Shown: positions 39,201 to 47,875 of the stretch, in pieces
Layout of the letters: every line of letters starts with the position of its first letter
How positions within the stretch are numbered: position 1 is the first letter of the stretch
Assembly: GCA_034530875.2 (NCBI GenBank)
Contig: JAVRCJ020000002.1
Location: 1 to 64,000, forward strand
Reading direction: 5' to 3'
Origin: Nostoc sp. DedSLP01
GTDB lineage: Bacteria > Cyanobacteriota > Cyanobacteriia > Cyanobacteriales > Nostocaceae
Length of the DNA: 64,000 bases
Translations under genes and position numbers: made by a program
The notes under the pieces: model-generated
Told to the model about the DNA's origin: nothing
What the model saw: the letters and a program-made list of their open reading frames with translations, nothing else
The model's database searches: none

Positions 39201-40558
39201 GCTTCGGTACATTTGCGCTCGGTGATATCTGCAAATGTAGCGGCAACGCGGCGAGTTGAACCGTAGCTCATGGGCGAAACCAGCACTTCAAACCAGCGTT
39301 TGAAAACCTCTGAATAAATTTCGCTTCGCTCAGAGGTATTCGTTTCGATGACCCGTGCGTAGAGTTCGTTGCAAAATCCCTCAACCCCCGGCATCAATTC
39401 GCTTGCCCGTTTGCCTTCGGGATTTTCTAGACCCGATTGTTGCGTGAAGGCGCGGTTGGCTTGAAGGATTACATGGTCGAAAGGCTTGCCAGATTCGTCG
39501 TCAAGCACCTCGATGATGCAAAAGCCCTCGTCGATTGACTCAAACAGCGATCGATATTTTGCTTCTGACTCGCGCAGGGCAATTTCTGCGCGCTTGCGAT
39601 CGGTAATGTCATAAGAAACCGCCAGTACCGCATATATTTCCCCATTTTCAGCCCGAAGCGGCGTTCCCCGTGAGATGTAAGTGCGATCGTGGGCATTGTG
39701 TTCGTGTTCAAACCCTTCACCTGCCAGGGCTTGACGGTACATCGGCTCGTAATACGTGGTTAATTCAGAGGGTAGTACCTCGAAAATCGTCCGTCCGACG
39801 AATTCTTCCCTTTGGAATCCGGCGATCGCTAATGCTTCGCCTTCGGCAACTAGATAGCGCAGATTTTGGTCAACGACAAACACTGCTCCACCAGGCAGAT
39901 TCGAGATCAAAGCCCGCAAACTTTCTTCTGTTAGTTTGCGTTCTACAATTTGGGCTGTCTTAGCCGCATTCGCCGCCTGTAATTCTTGCGTTTGGCGCGA
40001 ATTCAAGAGAGTAGCAGTAGTAAAGTCTGCCAAAAGAGTCATTACCCGTACATCTTGGGAATCAAAATGCCGAGAAATATCGTGCGACATCACCCAGATT
40101 GTGCCAAGGGTATGATTATCGGCAATTAGAGGTAACACTAACGCTTCTACAATCTGCGTGTTGCCTGCCTGTAAAGGAGTAAAATACCGTTCGGGATGGG
40201 AGAAAAGTTGAGGACTACCGCAATCAAGACAGACACTACAGAAGCTCAAGCTACGCTTTGTAGTGCCATTTACGTACTGTGCTAATGCTCCTGCTAACAA
40301 ATGAGTGTGGAAAACTTCTTCCCCATTGGCAGTTGTCTCTAGTAAACTAATGCCTGCGCTTCCTCCACCGCATAAATTGAGTAATATATCAACTATGCTT
40401 TGGAGCAGAGTTGGTGAATTAGCCGCCATTTGCCTTGCCACCGATTCTACTGCCTGGGTTAGGGAGAGCCAGTCAGGTGTACGGGGAGAGCGTTTGAACA
40501 ACTCCTCGGTAATCAAAATATCCTTGAGTGTAAACTTTTGTGGCTCTCGTCCTGGCAT
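36284..40558 (-). CDS. Multi-sensor hybrid kinase GAF-PAS x3-GAF-HisKA-HATPase-REC-HisKA-HATPase
   Basis: Two H-boxes (SHEFRTPL, SHELNTPL), two N/G-box sets, central receiver (VDDNAD, DLVLSDVMMP); ATG at 40558 preferred. Confidence 0.92.
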   Translation of the reverse strand: MPGREPQKFTLKDILITEELFKRSPRTPDWLSLTQAVESVARQMAANSPTLLQSIVDILLNLCGGGSAGISLLETTANGEEVFHTHLLAGALAQYVNGTTKRSLSFCSVCLDCGSPQLFSHPERYFTPLQAGNTQIVEALVLPLIADNHTLGTIWVMSHDISRHFDSQDVRVMTLLADFTTATLLNSRQTQELQAANAAKTAQIVERKLTEESLRALISNLPGGAVFVVDQNLRYLVAEGEALAIAGFQREEFVGRTIFEVLPSELTTYYEPMYRQALAGEGFEHEHNAHDRTYISRGTPLRAENGEIYAVLAVSYDITDRKRAEIALRESEAKYRSLFESIDEGFCIIEVLDDESGKPFDHVILQANRAFTQQSGLENPEGKRASELMPGVEGFCNELYARVIETNTSERSEIYSEVFKRWFEVLVSPMSYGSTRRVAATFADITERKCTEAALRESEAKYRSLFENVNDGFCIIEMLYDDGQAIDYRFLEVNPAFEIQSGFKHAIGKTARDFLPNLEAELLANYERVLATGEPIEFEIQPVDVGRYLRIAAYPYGDPQNKQLAIVFSDITERKLSEEKLRRAAQMDAFRVKLSDALRSLTDPVEIQAQASQLLGEHLGVDRTYYVEVNEAEGYARVNQNYLRGDFPSLVGVYGLADYGWTMPFLKRGETIIVADAQTSDIVPKADREAMATVKISAHITVPVIKAGALVGSLCVTESAPREWSEAEVELVRETAERIWATIIRAHAETELRESEIRRVREQSAREQERQRAETLAELDRAKTLFFSNVSHEFRTPLTLILAPVQDALSDWVNPLPEVQRERLELVHRNTLRLLKLVNTLLDFSRIEAGRMEAVYEPTDLALYTTELASVFRSAIEQARLRLVVDCPSLAESVYVDRQMWEKIVLNLLSNAFKFTFVGEIAVRLHLVDDHHVTLQVQDTGTGIEPEQLPYIMKRFYQVRAAKARTHEGSGIGLALVHELVKLHGGTIDVTSAPGVGSCFTVTIPLGTVHLPNVSVAGDDRARRIQATSSSTALGAVPYVQEAERWIPQEGEGVKGKGKKDFSTLSPSHILIVDDNADMRDYLTRILSEHLEVQAVADGAAALAAVNQKVPDLVLSDVMMPELDGFGLLKALRTDARTKEIPIILLSARAGEESIVEGLLAGADDYLIKPFSANELVTRVNAYLQMANMRSQALHQERTINRRKDEVLSVVSHELNTPLVAILGWTRLLRSNPPNPAMLSKALETIERNATLQAKLVQDLLDISRITAGKIYLNQEPVELQEAIDRAIATVQQSLQTKNIRLNCQLAPSPVIIQGDSERLQQIILNLLTNAVKFTPNGGKIEIGLQSHEDRAEITVTDTGCGIDAEFIPYIFETFSQAPSTKKGLGLGLAIARSLVELHGGTIAAHSPGIGQGTIFSVKLPTIA

Positions 40559-40571
40559 GACACTGCTCGCT

Positions 40572-40836
40572 CTACCCTTGCAAGGTATTTTTGAATTCGG
40601 CACCAGTTATCAAAGGCAATTTAACTTTAAATGTTGCGCTTTTTCCAATTCCGGCACTGTAAGCTTTTATTGTACCCTTGTGTAATTCTACGAGTTGATG
40701 AACGATGCCTGAGGCAAGCCGCTTTAGGTCTACGCTAACCCTAAACCTAAAACGCTTCAACTCACCCCATACGTAGATATCCATTGCAGAGGGTTGATAT
40801 TTTAATTCAATCTTCTTAACTTGAGCTTCGCTTAAT
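40572..40836 (-). pseudogene. Relic of a histidine kinase C-terminus (internal deletion plus 26-nt insertion)
   Basis: AQVKKIEL...IYVWGELKR joined to IVHQLVELHKGTIKAYSAGIGKSATFKVKLPL; removing 40707-40732 restores GLGLAIVHQLVELH. Confidence 0.75.
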
Positions 40837-40837
40837 T

Positions 40838-41054
40838 TATCGAAACAATCCAGTCTAAAACCGTACTCCGTCCCGCTACGGAAAGCGGAGCGTCTCGTTG
40901 GCGTAGCCTCTCGTAGAGAAGAGAAGACAGCCTTTTAAGGCGAAAAGTTTTTGTCACGGCGTATAAATCCTCGTTACAAAAACGGCCTCCTGCCGACGCT
41001 CGCGGACTCGCTAACGCTGCGCTATCCTGCCTCCTGCCCCCTGCCTTCGTTAAG
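40838..41054. mobile_element. Composite MITE-like element with nested small repeats
   Basis: ATCGAAACAATCCAGTCTAAAACCG...GTTTTTGT..ACAAAAAC hairpin; nested CGTCTCGT/GCGTAGCCTCTCGTAGAGA and CGCTCGCGGACTCGCTAACGCTGCGCTA blocks; CCTGCCT heptamers. Confidence 0.55.
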
Positions 41055-41406
41055 TATCAATCTCTGGCTGGATAATTGGGGTAAGATTAACCTAGGTATT
41101 AGCTAAGCAGACTTTACCCGAAATAATGTCTATTGCGCCACTTAATTTTAAGAATATTATTAACATTATCTATACTTTTGTACTGAGCTAACATTCAAAA
41201 TCAGGTAAACCTTAACTGGGATTAATAATTTTCTACTTTGTAGAAAATTGATTTTCATCTAGAGTAGGACAAAGATACCTGCTGTGACTACATAAACAAA
41301 AGCTAGATGAAGCCTCTGGCTTCTAGCTAAAGGAAACCAACTTTATTTATTGAGAGTCTGGTTTCAAAATGGGTAACAGCACCATTCCCCATCAGCTCGA
41401 TCACCT

Positions 41407-42012
41407 ATGCTAAAAGTTATGCACTCGGCCACCAACTCAGCCACTCCAAATGCCCAGTGGGAGGATCTAATCAAGCTTCCAGCCCCAAACGCAGTTCAAT
41501 GGGACAATATCAAAACCCAATTAGACTTGGTGCTGTTAGCGCTAGAAACCTTAACTGGGATTGGTTCTGAGGCTATGCTTTCGGCGGCAACTGATTTAAA
41601 TTTAGAGTCGAGAGTGCCAGATCGTGTAGCTTTGTGGCGACTACGCCAATCAAATCCGCTACGCAAAGGTCAAGGAGGGCGAAAAAAGCTAGATGTAGAA
41701 GAAGCGCGATCGCTTGTTCTCATCACTTGCTACCTAGCCAAACAGCACCAGGAATTGATTCGCCGTGCTGTTGGCTTGTTAGAACAGATGGCAGAAAGTA
41801 ACCGCGAACCTCACCAGGCTGCTTTACTTGGAGATTATATTGATGCTTTTTGCAACACTTACCAAGAGCGTATGGAAGAGGACGAGCAAATCTCAACAGA
41901 TTTACTTACCAGCCTGGCACTAAAACTGCTTGTAGATTTACTATTTTACAGTGCCCCTGGTGGGCATCGCCGTCTTTGGCTAGCACTAATAGACCGTTCT
42001 ACAAAATTTTAA
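41407..42012 (+). CDS. DUF3038 family protein
   Basis: QLDLVLLALETL, RVALWRLRQSNPLR, G..RLW..L pattern; paired with DUF4335. Confidence 0.8.
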   Translation: MLKVMHSATNSATPNAQWEDLIKLPAPNAVQWDNIKTQLDLVLLALETLTGIGSEAMLSAATDLNLESRVPDRVALWRLRQSNPLRKGQGGRKKLDVEEARSLVLITCYLAKQHQELIRRAVGLLEQMAESNREPHQAALLGDYIDAFCNTYQERMEEDEQISTDLLTSLALKLLVDLLFYSAPGGHRRLWLALIDRSTKF

Positions 42013-42243
42013 ATTTGACATTTGAGATTCCTCAACCAAAATTCGCCGATGTAAGTTTGCTAGGTCGAGAAACTATTTTGACGATCGCTAGCCCTTGGGC
42101 AATGTGCTATCAAAATTGTTTATTCCTTGACATCAGTTTGCATAAAAAAAGATCTTCACAGTTCTAAGTTGCAACTTTTATTTGCAAGCAACTGACTCAA
42201 CTTTTCGCAAAATTCCAAAATAGTCTTCCTTGCAGTTCCTGCC

Positions 42244-43860
42244 ATGCCTCTATCAAATACCGTAAATCGTCGCTACACACCTCCTACTTGTACGTTAGAA
42301 GTATTCGCCCAAAGCTCGCCTTTGTCCCGTTGGATGGGGAAAACTGTCCTCAAGCAGCTCAGCTTTGAACTGCGTTTTGACGATCCCCGACTACCAGAAG
42401 AACACAGAGTTCCGATTCGGGGCGATCGCAATCAGCTAGAAGCTTTGTCTGATGCAGTCACCAGCTACGTACAACAATTTCTCCAACAGTCTCCAGAAAG
42501 CTTTTGGGTCAGTTTCTCAAGTAACCAAGACTCAACCGCAAGACTCGCTGAGCCAGAATCAGAATTATCAACAAAAACATTAAATTCTTTTAATAATCAA
42601 CTTTCAGGTACAGACATACATTTAGAACCCAGTAGCTATTTAACTCACAATTTATTTCTCGGTTCTCTCGCCAACCAAACATCAGGCCCGGTAATTCAAC
42701 TGAGTTTGTTGCAACTATTCGATTTAGCAAGTGCTTTAGATGAATACTCAACCGATGTCATGGCACTACCAACTCTTAACACTAGGAGTTCAGATATGAG
42801 GTTCCCCGCTTGGGCACCTATTGCCGCAGTATTAGTATTAGGCATTGGCTTCCTACCAGTTACCTGGCAATATGCCAACAACATCAGGCAAAAACAACAG
42901 ACAGCCAAAACAACAGATTCAGCAGAAGTAAAAACAGCTTTACAACCTTCACCAGCTCTCAACTTTCCCGCACCTCAACCCGGACTCACCAACCCAGCAG
43001 ACAATTTGCCTGGTTCCACTCCTCCACCCGCGCTATCTAGTTTGCCCCAAGCGCCTCTAACGCCTCCTACTTCCAGCTTGTCTTCAGTACCACCTGTATT
43101 CCCAAATAATGGACTGAGCATACCCCCCATACCTCAGGGAACAACTGCAACCCTACCCAAGAATTCAGCGATTGCATCATCCAACAAAATCCCTCGCCAG
43201 GAAATCGCCATACTGCCAAATCTGGGACAGAATCTCACAACCTCAACTTCCCAAGCTAATGCTCTCCCTAAAAGGCGGAATTTACCATCTGGTCTATCTT
43301 CTACCACAAACACTTTTTCACCCAACATCGCACCAGTAGTTCCCCCTCCTGTTGCCACCATACCCAATAATGGCCGTAGCAATATCCCTACCCAACCTTC
43401 CCCGCTAAACTCGCAACAACTGGACGAAACCATCACCGCCCTACAAGCAGCTTCTTCTAAAAATAAACCCTCCTCAGAACCGTCTTCCTCTACGAATGTT
43501 AGTAATAATCCATTTATCGATCGCTTAGGAGATGGAGACAAAGCCCCTACATCTAGAGAAGTGGCAACTGGCACATTATTTGATACACCCCAAGTAGCAG
43601 AAGCCAGAACATACCTAACAAAACGCTGGCAACCACCTGCGGGATTCGGGCAAACATTAGAGTACAGTTTGATAGTCGGCGTTGATGGCACAGTTGAACG
43701 AATTTTTCCCCTGAATAAAGCAGCAAGAGAATACGTTGATATTGCTGGAATGCCGCAAGTTGGTCAACCTTTTGTTTCTGCTAATAGACGCGGGCAAAAT
43801 GTCAGAATTCGAGTTGTTCTCAGTCCTGATGGTAAAGTCCAGACTTTTCCCGATGAATAA
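42244..43860 (+). CDS. DUF4335 family membrane protein with Pro-rich linker
   Basis: RRYTPPTCTLEV, LSLLQLFDLASALDEY, one TM, Pro/Ser-rich region, C-terminal RWQPP..LEY. Confidence 0.8.
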   Translation: MPLSNTVNRRYTPPTCTLEVFAQSSPLSRWMGKTVLKQLSFELRFDDPRLPEEHRVPIRGDRNQLEALSDAVTSYVQQFLQQSPESFWVSFSSNQDSTARLAEPESELSTKTLNSFNNQLSGTDIHLEPSSYLTHNLFLGSLANQTSGPVIQLSLLQLFDLASALDEYSTDVMALPTLNTRSSDMRFPAWAPIAAVLVLGIGFLPVTWQYANNIRQKQQTAKTTDSAEVKTALQPSPALNFPAPQPGLTNPADNLPGSTPPPALSSLPQAPLTPPTSSLSSVPPVFPNNGLSIPPIPQGTTATLPKNSAIASSNKIPRQEIAILPNLGQNLTTSTSQANALPKRRNLPSGLSSTTNTFSPNIAPVVPPPVATIPNNGRSNIPTQPSPLNSQQLDETITALQAASSKNKPSSEPSSSTNVSNNPFIDRLGDGDKAPTSREVATGTLFDTPQVAEARTYLTKRWQPPAGFGQTLEYSLIVGVDGTVERIFPLNKAAREYVDIAGMPQVGQPFVSANRRGQNVRIRVVLSPDGKVQTFPDE

Positions 43861-43890
43861 GTAAATTCATTTGTTTATTGCCACTTTTGT

Positions 43891-43918
43891 AACTGGTACA
43901 AGCTTTGTACCAGTTTTT
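43891..43918 (+). terminator. Rho-independent terminator
   Basis: AACTGGTACA-AGCTT-TGTACCAGTT followed by a T run, 30 bp after the stop. Confidence 0.75.
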
Positions 43919-44196
43919 ATTTGCTCTTATTGCTCTCAAGCCAGGGTTTTTGAGTCCAGTTAGCAAACTGGTCTGATTATTTATAGCAGTAAACTTACCA
44001 ATTAGTAGAATTATTTTTAACAGTAATCAACCGAAATAAAACTGAAAATCCAAGGCTGATAATTCACATAAATATGAGTTGATAAAACATGAATTTTAAT
44101 ATTTCTCTTGTAGGAAAATAGCAAACAATATATTTCACTAATTAATCGTAGTTTTTTTTTCAAAAAGTATTAATAACTCAAAAAAAGGTAGATAAT

Positions 44197-44481
44197 ATGC
44201 AACAAGTTGGTCATCAAAAAGACAGTCTAGCTTGGATTATTCAAACATGGGCAGCTTTTTTGCTTTCTATTTCTATGACTACCTTTGGCATTGTACACTT
44301 ACCTGTAGATAGCTGGGTAAAAGGATTTATGGGTATGGGTTTAGCTTTTTCGGTTGGCTCAACTTTTACTTTGGCAAAAACCACTAGAGACCTACATGAA
44401 ACTAGAAAATTAACTGCTAGAATTGATGAAGCAAAAGTAGAAAAATTACTTTCACAACACGATCCCCTAAATTTCAAATAA
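44197..44481 (+). CDS. YiaA/YiaB-family two-helix inner membrane protein
   Basis: AW..QTW.AF, W.KGF.GMG..F.V.S.FTLAKTTRD..E. Confidence 0.85.
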   Translation: MQQVGHQKDSLAWIIQTWAAFLLSISMTTFGIVHLPVDSWVKGFMGMGLAFSVGSTFTLAKTTRDLHETRKLTARIDEAKVEKLLSQHDPLNFK

Positions 44482-44602
44482 AGCCAACTAGAGCAATATG
44501 TAGCCGGACATAATTGAATGTAAAATCCAAAGGAGCGAAACCTTTTACTATTGAGGGTTTTACCTTCTGCCTCCTGCCTTCATCTAATCGCTACTGCCAT
44601 AA

Positions 44603-44636
44603 CAAAAAATAAAAGGACTGATAAAATCAGTCCTTT
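44603..44636 (-). terminator. Terminator of the DUF2997-ycf35-ferredoxin operon
   Basis: AAAGGACTGAT-AAA-ATCAGTCCTTT hairpin with an A-tract on the left (U-tail on the minus strand). Confidence 0.7.
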
Positions 44637-44661
44637 GCTATATCGCTTTAAATTTTTTATC

Positions 44662-45123
44662 TTAATAACGGGATTTTTTCGTCCTTAACTTTTGCTTTTT
44701 GCGTCGCCGTTCGCTAGCAGCAACTGCCTGTTCTACCGGATAACCGACTACAGGAATGACCTGATATTTGCGCTCTTCTTCTAACTTTTTGAGTTCAGTG
44801 TAATCAACCCAGTGAATGCAATCAACCGGACAAGTGTCAATTGCTTCTTGGATAATTTCTTCGGCGTCCCCATCTTGGCGAATTACTCGCGATCGCCCAT
44901 AATCTGCTTCAATGTAAAAAGTATTACGCGCAACATGAGCGCAGTGCTTGCAACCAATACAGGTGATTTCGTCAACATAAACACCTTTTTGACGCAGCAT
45001 ACCGCCCAATTCCGGTTCTAAACCAGAACGTTCTGGGGCATCCCGTAAAAAACCCCCTAATTCTGGTTCTAACCCGGAACGATTGTCTTCTTGTTCTTCC
45101 GGCGACGGTAGAAAGTCAGCCAT
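44662..45123 (-). CDS. Bacterial-type 4Fe-4S ferredoxin
   Basis: VYVDEITCIGCKHCA...DTCPVDCIHW. Confidence 0.9.
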   Translation of the reverse strand: MADFLPSPEEQEDNRSGLEPELGGFLRDAPERSGLEPELGGMLRQKGVYVDEITCIGCKHCAHVARNTFYIEADYGRSRVIRQDGDAEEIIQEAIDTCPVDCIHWVDYTELKKLEEERKYQVIPVVGYPVEQAVAASERRRKKQKLRTKKSRY

Positions 45124-45509
45124 TACGCACTCCAGCGTTGTACTACCAGGCGAATCGAACCATCTTCATTTTTTTGTTCTTCAGCGACTTGAAAACCAAC
45201 ACGAGCAGTTTCTTTCATCACTGTTTGGTAAGCATAGCGCTGTGTTACCTGGCGCAAAAATCCATCCACAGAAAGATTTTGCTGCCAATATTGCAAATCA
45301 GCCACCAGTTCGTATTCTTTGCCATTCCATCTAAAGCCGATGTCGTAGCCATTTTCCTGCTCGATACTAACTTCCGCAGGATGAGTTTGACCGCGATAGC
45401 CGCGTACTTCGCGCGGGCCTGGTTTCCAGTCTATGCCTAATTCAGTCAGAGCATCTTTTAAAGATTCAAGGTTACGGATTTGAGTCTTAATTTGGCTAAA
45501 GTGTGACAT
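45123..45509 (-). CDS. ycf35: DUF1257 / Ycf35 family protein
   Basis: MSHFSQIKTQI, DIGFRWNG..YELVADLQYW, VTQRYA, LVVQRW. Confidence 0.85.
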   Translation of the reverse strand: MSHFSQIKTQIRNLESLKDALTELGIDWKPGPREVRGYRGQTHPAEVSIEQENGYDIGFRWNGKEYELVADLQYWQQNLSVDGFLRQVTQRYAYQTVMKETARVGFQVAEEQKNEDGSIRLVVQRWSA

Positions 45510-45548
45510 GGTGGTTTGAATTAAACGACACTAAACTACTGTGAAAAC

Positions 45549-45758
45549 TTACCACTCGCTGTAAGTGGTTTGGGTATTCGCCACGTTCGACTGTTGCACC
45601 TTGGCGGCGAAGTACTCTGAGGTTGGCTCATTCTTAAGTACTTGCCCCAGCTGCGCTTCTATTGCTGCTGTAACCTCAGCGCAAGAAGCACCCACAATGC
45701 CAGTGACTTTTTCTTGTACCCGACCATCTGGATAGATTATGAACTCTAATGTCTCCAT
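45549..45758 (-). CDS. DUF2997 family protein
   Basis: METLEFIIYPDGRVQEKVTGIVG.SC...T..IE..LG; ATG at 45758. Confidence 0.85.
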   Translation of the reverse strand: METLEFIIYPDGRVQEKVTGIVGASCAEVTAAIEAQLGQVLKNEPTSEYFAAKVQQSNVANTQTTYSEW

Positions 45759-46253
45759 GCTCTTGGCCAACCACGATAAGTACATTTGAATTGTACTGCC
45801 TTAGCAGAAGGCTAAATATATAGCCGTCGGAACATTTTTACTTAGATACAAATTTCCCATTTGTTAACTAATGTTCCATCTCTCAAAATATATATCTCAA
45901 AATCTTTACAAAAATTATAAATTTTATTAGTCTACACATCAGTCTTTAGTTAGTGTCTCTTAACCTCTTTGATTAGTCAAGGTAATCGTTGAGTTTGCTA
46001 ACTAACCAGCAAAAGCCCTAAAAATAAGCATTAGAGGTACTGTTGGTATCCGAACAAGTTACAAAAATATAAAGTTTATTGCAAAACTTTATCATTACTA
46101 TTAAGTTCGTCAAATGATTTAGCCAAAAGCAAAATGGTTAAGTGTGCGATCGCAGTTCTAAACCTTTTGATTATGGTTAGTAACAAATGAATACTAGTCA
46201 AAACCAGCACTAAAAAGTGTTTAAAGATATCTGCTGTACTAAAGTTTCAAGTA

Positions 46254-46583
46254 TTATTCAGCAAACATTTCAGCTAATGTGTCGAGAACCAATCTTTGCT
46301 CGTGGTCACTAATTTGACCAAGTAGTTTGACCAATCTAGCTTTATCCACTGTGCGAATTCGATCGAGAACAATCTGCCCTTCTTTCCCTTGAAACTCACA
46401 AGCTATGCGTGTAGGATATGCTTGACCCTTCGTAGTCATGGGCGCAACAATGACGGTAGAAATATGCCGATTCATCTCATCTGGCGAAATTACTACACAG
46501 GGGCGCGTTTTTTGAATTTCACTCCCAATAGTGGGATCGAGATTAACTAAAAAAACATCAAAACGCTTGACTACCATTGCCAT
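46254..46583 (-). CDS. mazF: MazF/PemK type II toxin (endoribonuclease)
   Basis: FDVFLVNLDPTIGSEIQKTRPCVVISPD..N...TVIVAPMT. Confidence 0.93.
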   Translation of the reverse strand: MAMVVKRFDVFLVNLDPTIGSEIQKTRPCVVISPDEMNRHISTVIVAPMTTKGQAYPTRIACEFQGKEGQIVLDRIRTVDKARLVKLLGQISDHEQRLVLDTLAEMFAE

Positions 46584-46831
46584 TCCGATTCTTCCCAGGT
46601 GTTTGTATTAACCTCATCCAGGAGAACATCATTGTGTTGTTCTGCCATTGTTGCAAAAGCTTCGTCCCATCCAACCCGTAATTTTGGTGCTGCACGAACA
46701 ATTAGATGATCGTTATGAACTTCAATTTCAACTTCTGTCTGAATACCGCTTTGCTCTAACAGAGGTTTGGGAATACGAACACCTTGGGAATTACCGATTT
46801 TCACAATTCGGGTTCTAATAGCTGTGCCCAT
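46571..46831 (-). CDS. mazE: AbrB/MazE antitoxin
   Basis: IVKIGNSQGVRIPK; acidic Trp-rich tail; overlaps the toxin start. Confidence 0.92.
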   Translation of the reverse strand: MGTAIRTRIVKIGNSQGVRIPKPLLEQSGIQTEVEIEVHNDHLIVRAAPKLRVGWDEAFATMAEQHNDVLLDEVNTNTWEESEWQW

Positions 46832-46852
46832 ATTTTAGATTGCTTTGAAAAG

Positions 46853-46893
46853 AAAGTAATTACATTGTATATACTTTCTGTGGCAATTATCAA
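46853..46893 (-). promoter_or_regulatory. mazEF promoter with overlapping palindromic operator
   Basis: Minus strand TTGATA, 18-bp spacer, TACAAT; imperfect dyad AAAGTAATTACA-T-TGTATATACTTT over the -10. Confidence 0.6.
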
Positions 46894-47022
46894 AATCTAG
46901 CCAACAATTGGCTATGGGTTACAGCAGCTAGTTAACGTTTACTTTTGTATCTGCGATCGCCTTTGGTAAACTAATTTTTAGAAGAGTGGTTTTAGAAATG
47001 CGATTGCACCTAGAGCGATTGC

Positions 47023-47271
47023 TTAAGCTGTCACCATTTCCGGGACTGAATCAGGGGATGCTGGCTCAAAATGTAACACCATTATTTGCTCTGGGCGTAA
47101 GCCGATAGATTCGTATGTGCGGCCGTGGCGATCGCTAAATTCAACCTCAAACACAGCACCGCCAGCTAATAATTCGACTACTGTACCAACTTGACCACAC
47201 CAGAGATTGTATTCAGGTAGGTCAACTACCAGTGCTACTACATCCAGCAACTTGACCGTATTTTTAGCCAT
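47023..47271 (-). CDS. DUF4926 family protein (putative antitoxin-like)
   Basis: KLLDVVAL..DLPE..L..GQVGTVVE.....FEVEFSD..GRTY. Confidence 0.85.
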   Translation of the reverse strand: MAKNTVKLLDVVALVVDLPEYNLWCGQVGTVVELLAGGAVFEVEFSDRHGRTYESIGLRPEQIMVLHFEPASPDSVPEMVTA

Positions 47272-47291
47272 CTTCTATGACTTCCAAATAT

Positions 47292-47377
47292 TTACAGCGG
47301 ATAGCAGGTTATTAATCTTGGGACATCACAACCTTCTTGGATAATCCAATTTACTCGCAATGGTTGGACTTCTACCT
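47292..47377 (-). pseudogene. Frameshifted 3' remnant of a DUF6883-like gene, the usual partner of DUF4926
   Basis: Minus-strand fragments WIIQEG and VDVPRLITCYPL* in adjacent frames, just upstream of DUF4926. Confidence 0.55.
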
Positions 47378-47380
47378 GTT

Positions 47381-47875
47381 TTATCGCTTTGCCGAAGGTA
47401 AGGAACCCTTGAAATCCCCGCCATTCCAATCAGACCCATCAAGCCAGTTATCATCCTCAGCATCCCACAACAATATATATGCAACTAATAAGGTATTGAT
47501 AAATCGCTCTACAGAAATTTTCCAATGTCTAGCCATCTTGTCTAATTGCACTTTTGTTGCTGAATTCGATAATGCAAAATCTTGCAACACATCATCATGG
47601 CTACAAGAACATCCAGCAATGAATTTATCAAAATAAGGCTCATATTTTTTTGTTGGATGAGGTTTTTTAAAGTTAGTAAAGCGAACGTCTCTAAAAAAGT
47701 CTAGTTTTAGCCCAGCAACAAGCCCATCAGAATCTTTACCATAAATATAGTAATAAAGTGAAATACCTTGACCATTAAAACTATGAGTAGCACGAATAAT
47801 TCTAGGAGGGACGAAATCATCTCCCTCAAAATCTGCGAGAACATCCTTTATTGCCATACAAACCTTGTTCACCAC
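47381..47875 (-). CDS. Hypothetical protein (possibly a fragment)
   Basis: 164-aa ORF, GTG start (or ATG at codon 7); no family recognised. Confidence 0.55.
   Translation of the reverse strand: MVNKVCMAIKDVLADFEGDDFVPPRIIRATHSFNGQGISLYYYIYGKDSDGLVAGLKLDFFRDVRFTNFKKPHPTKKYEPYFDKFIAGCSCSHDDVLQDFALSNSATKVQLDKMARHWKISVERFINTLLVAYILLWDAEDDNWLDGSDWNGGDFKGSLPSAKR

Noticed and set aside
32975..41400. Integrase-mediated island with attL/attR at tRNA-Ala
   Set aside because: No integrase and no second copy of the tRNA 3' end found by eye; kept only as an accessory cluster
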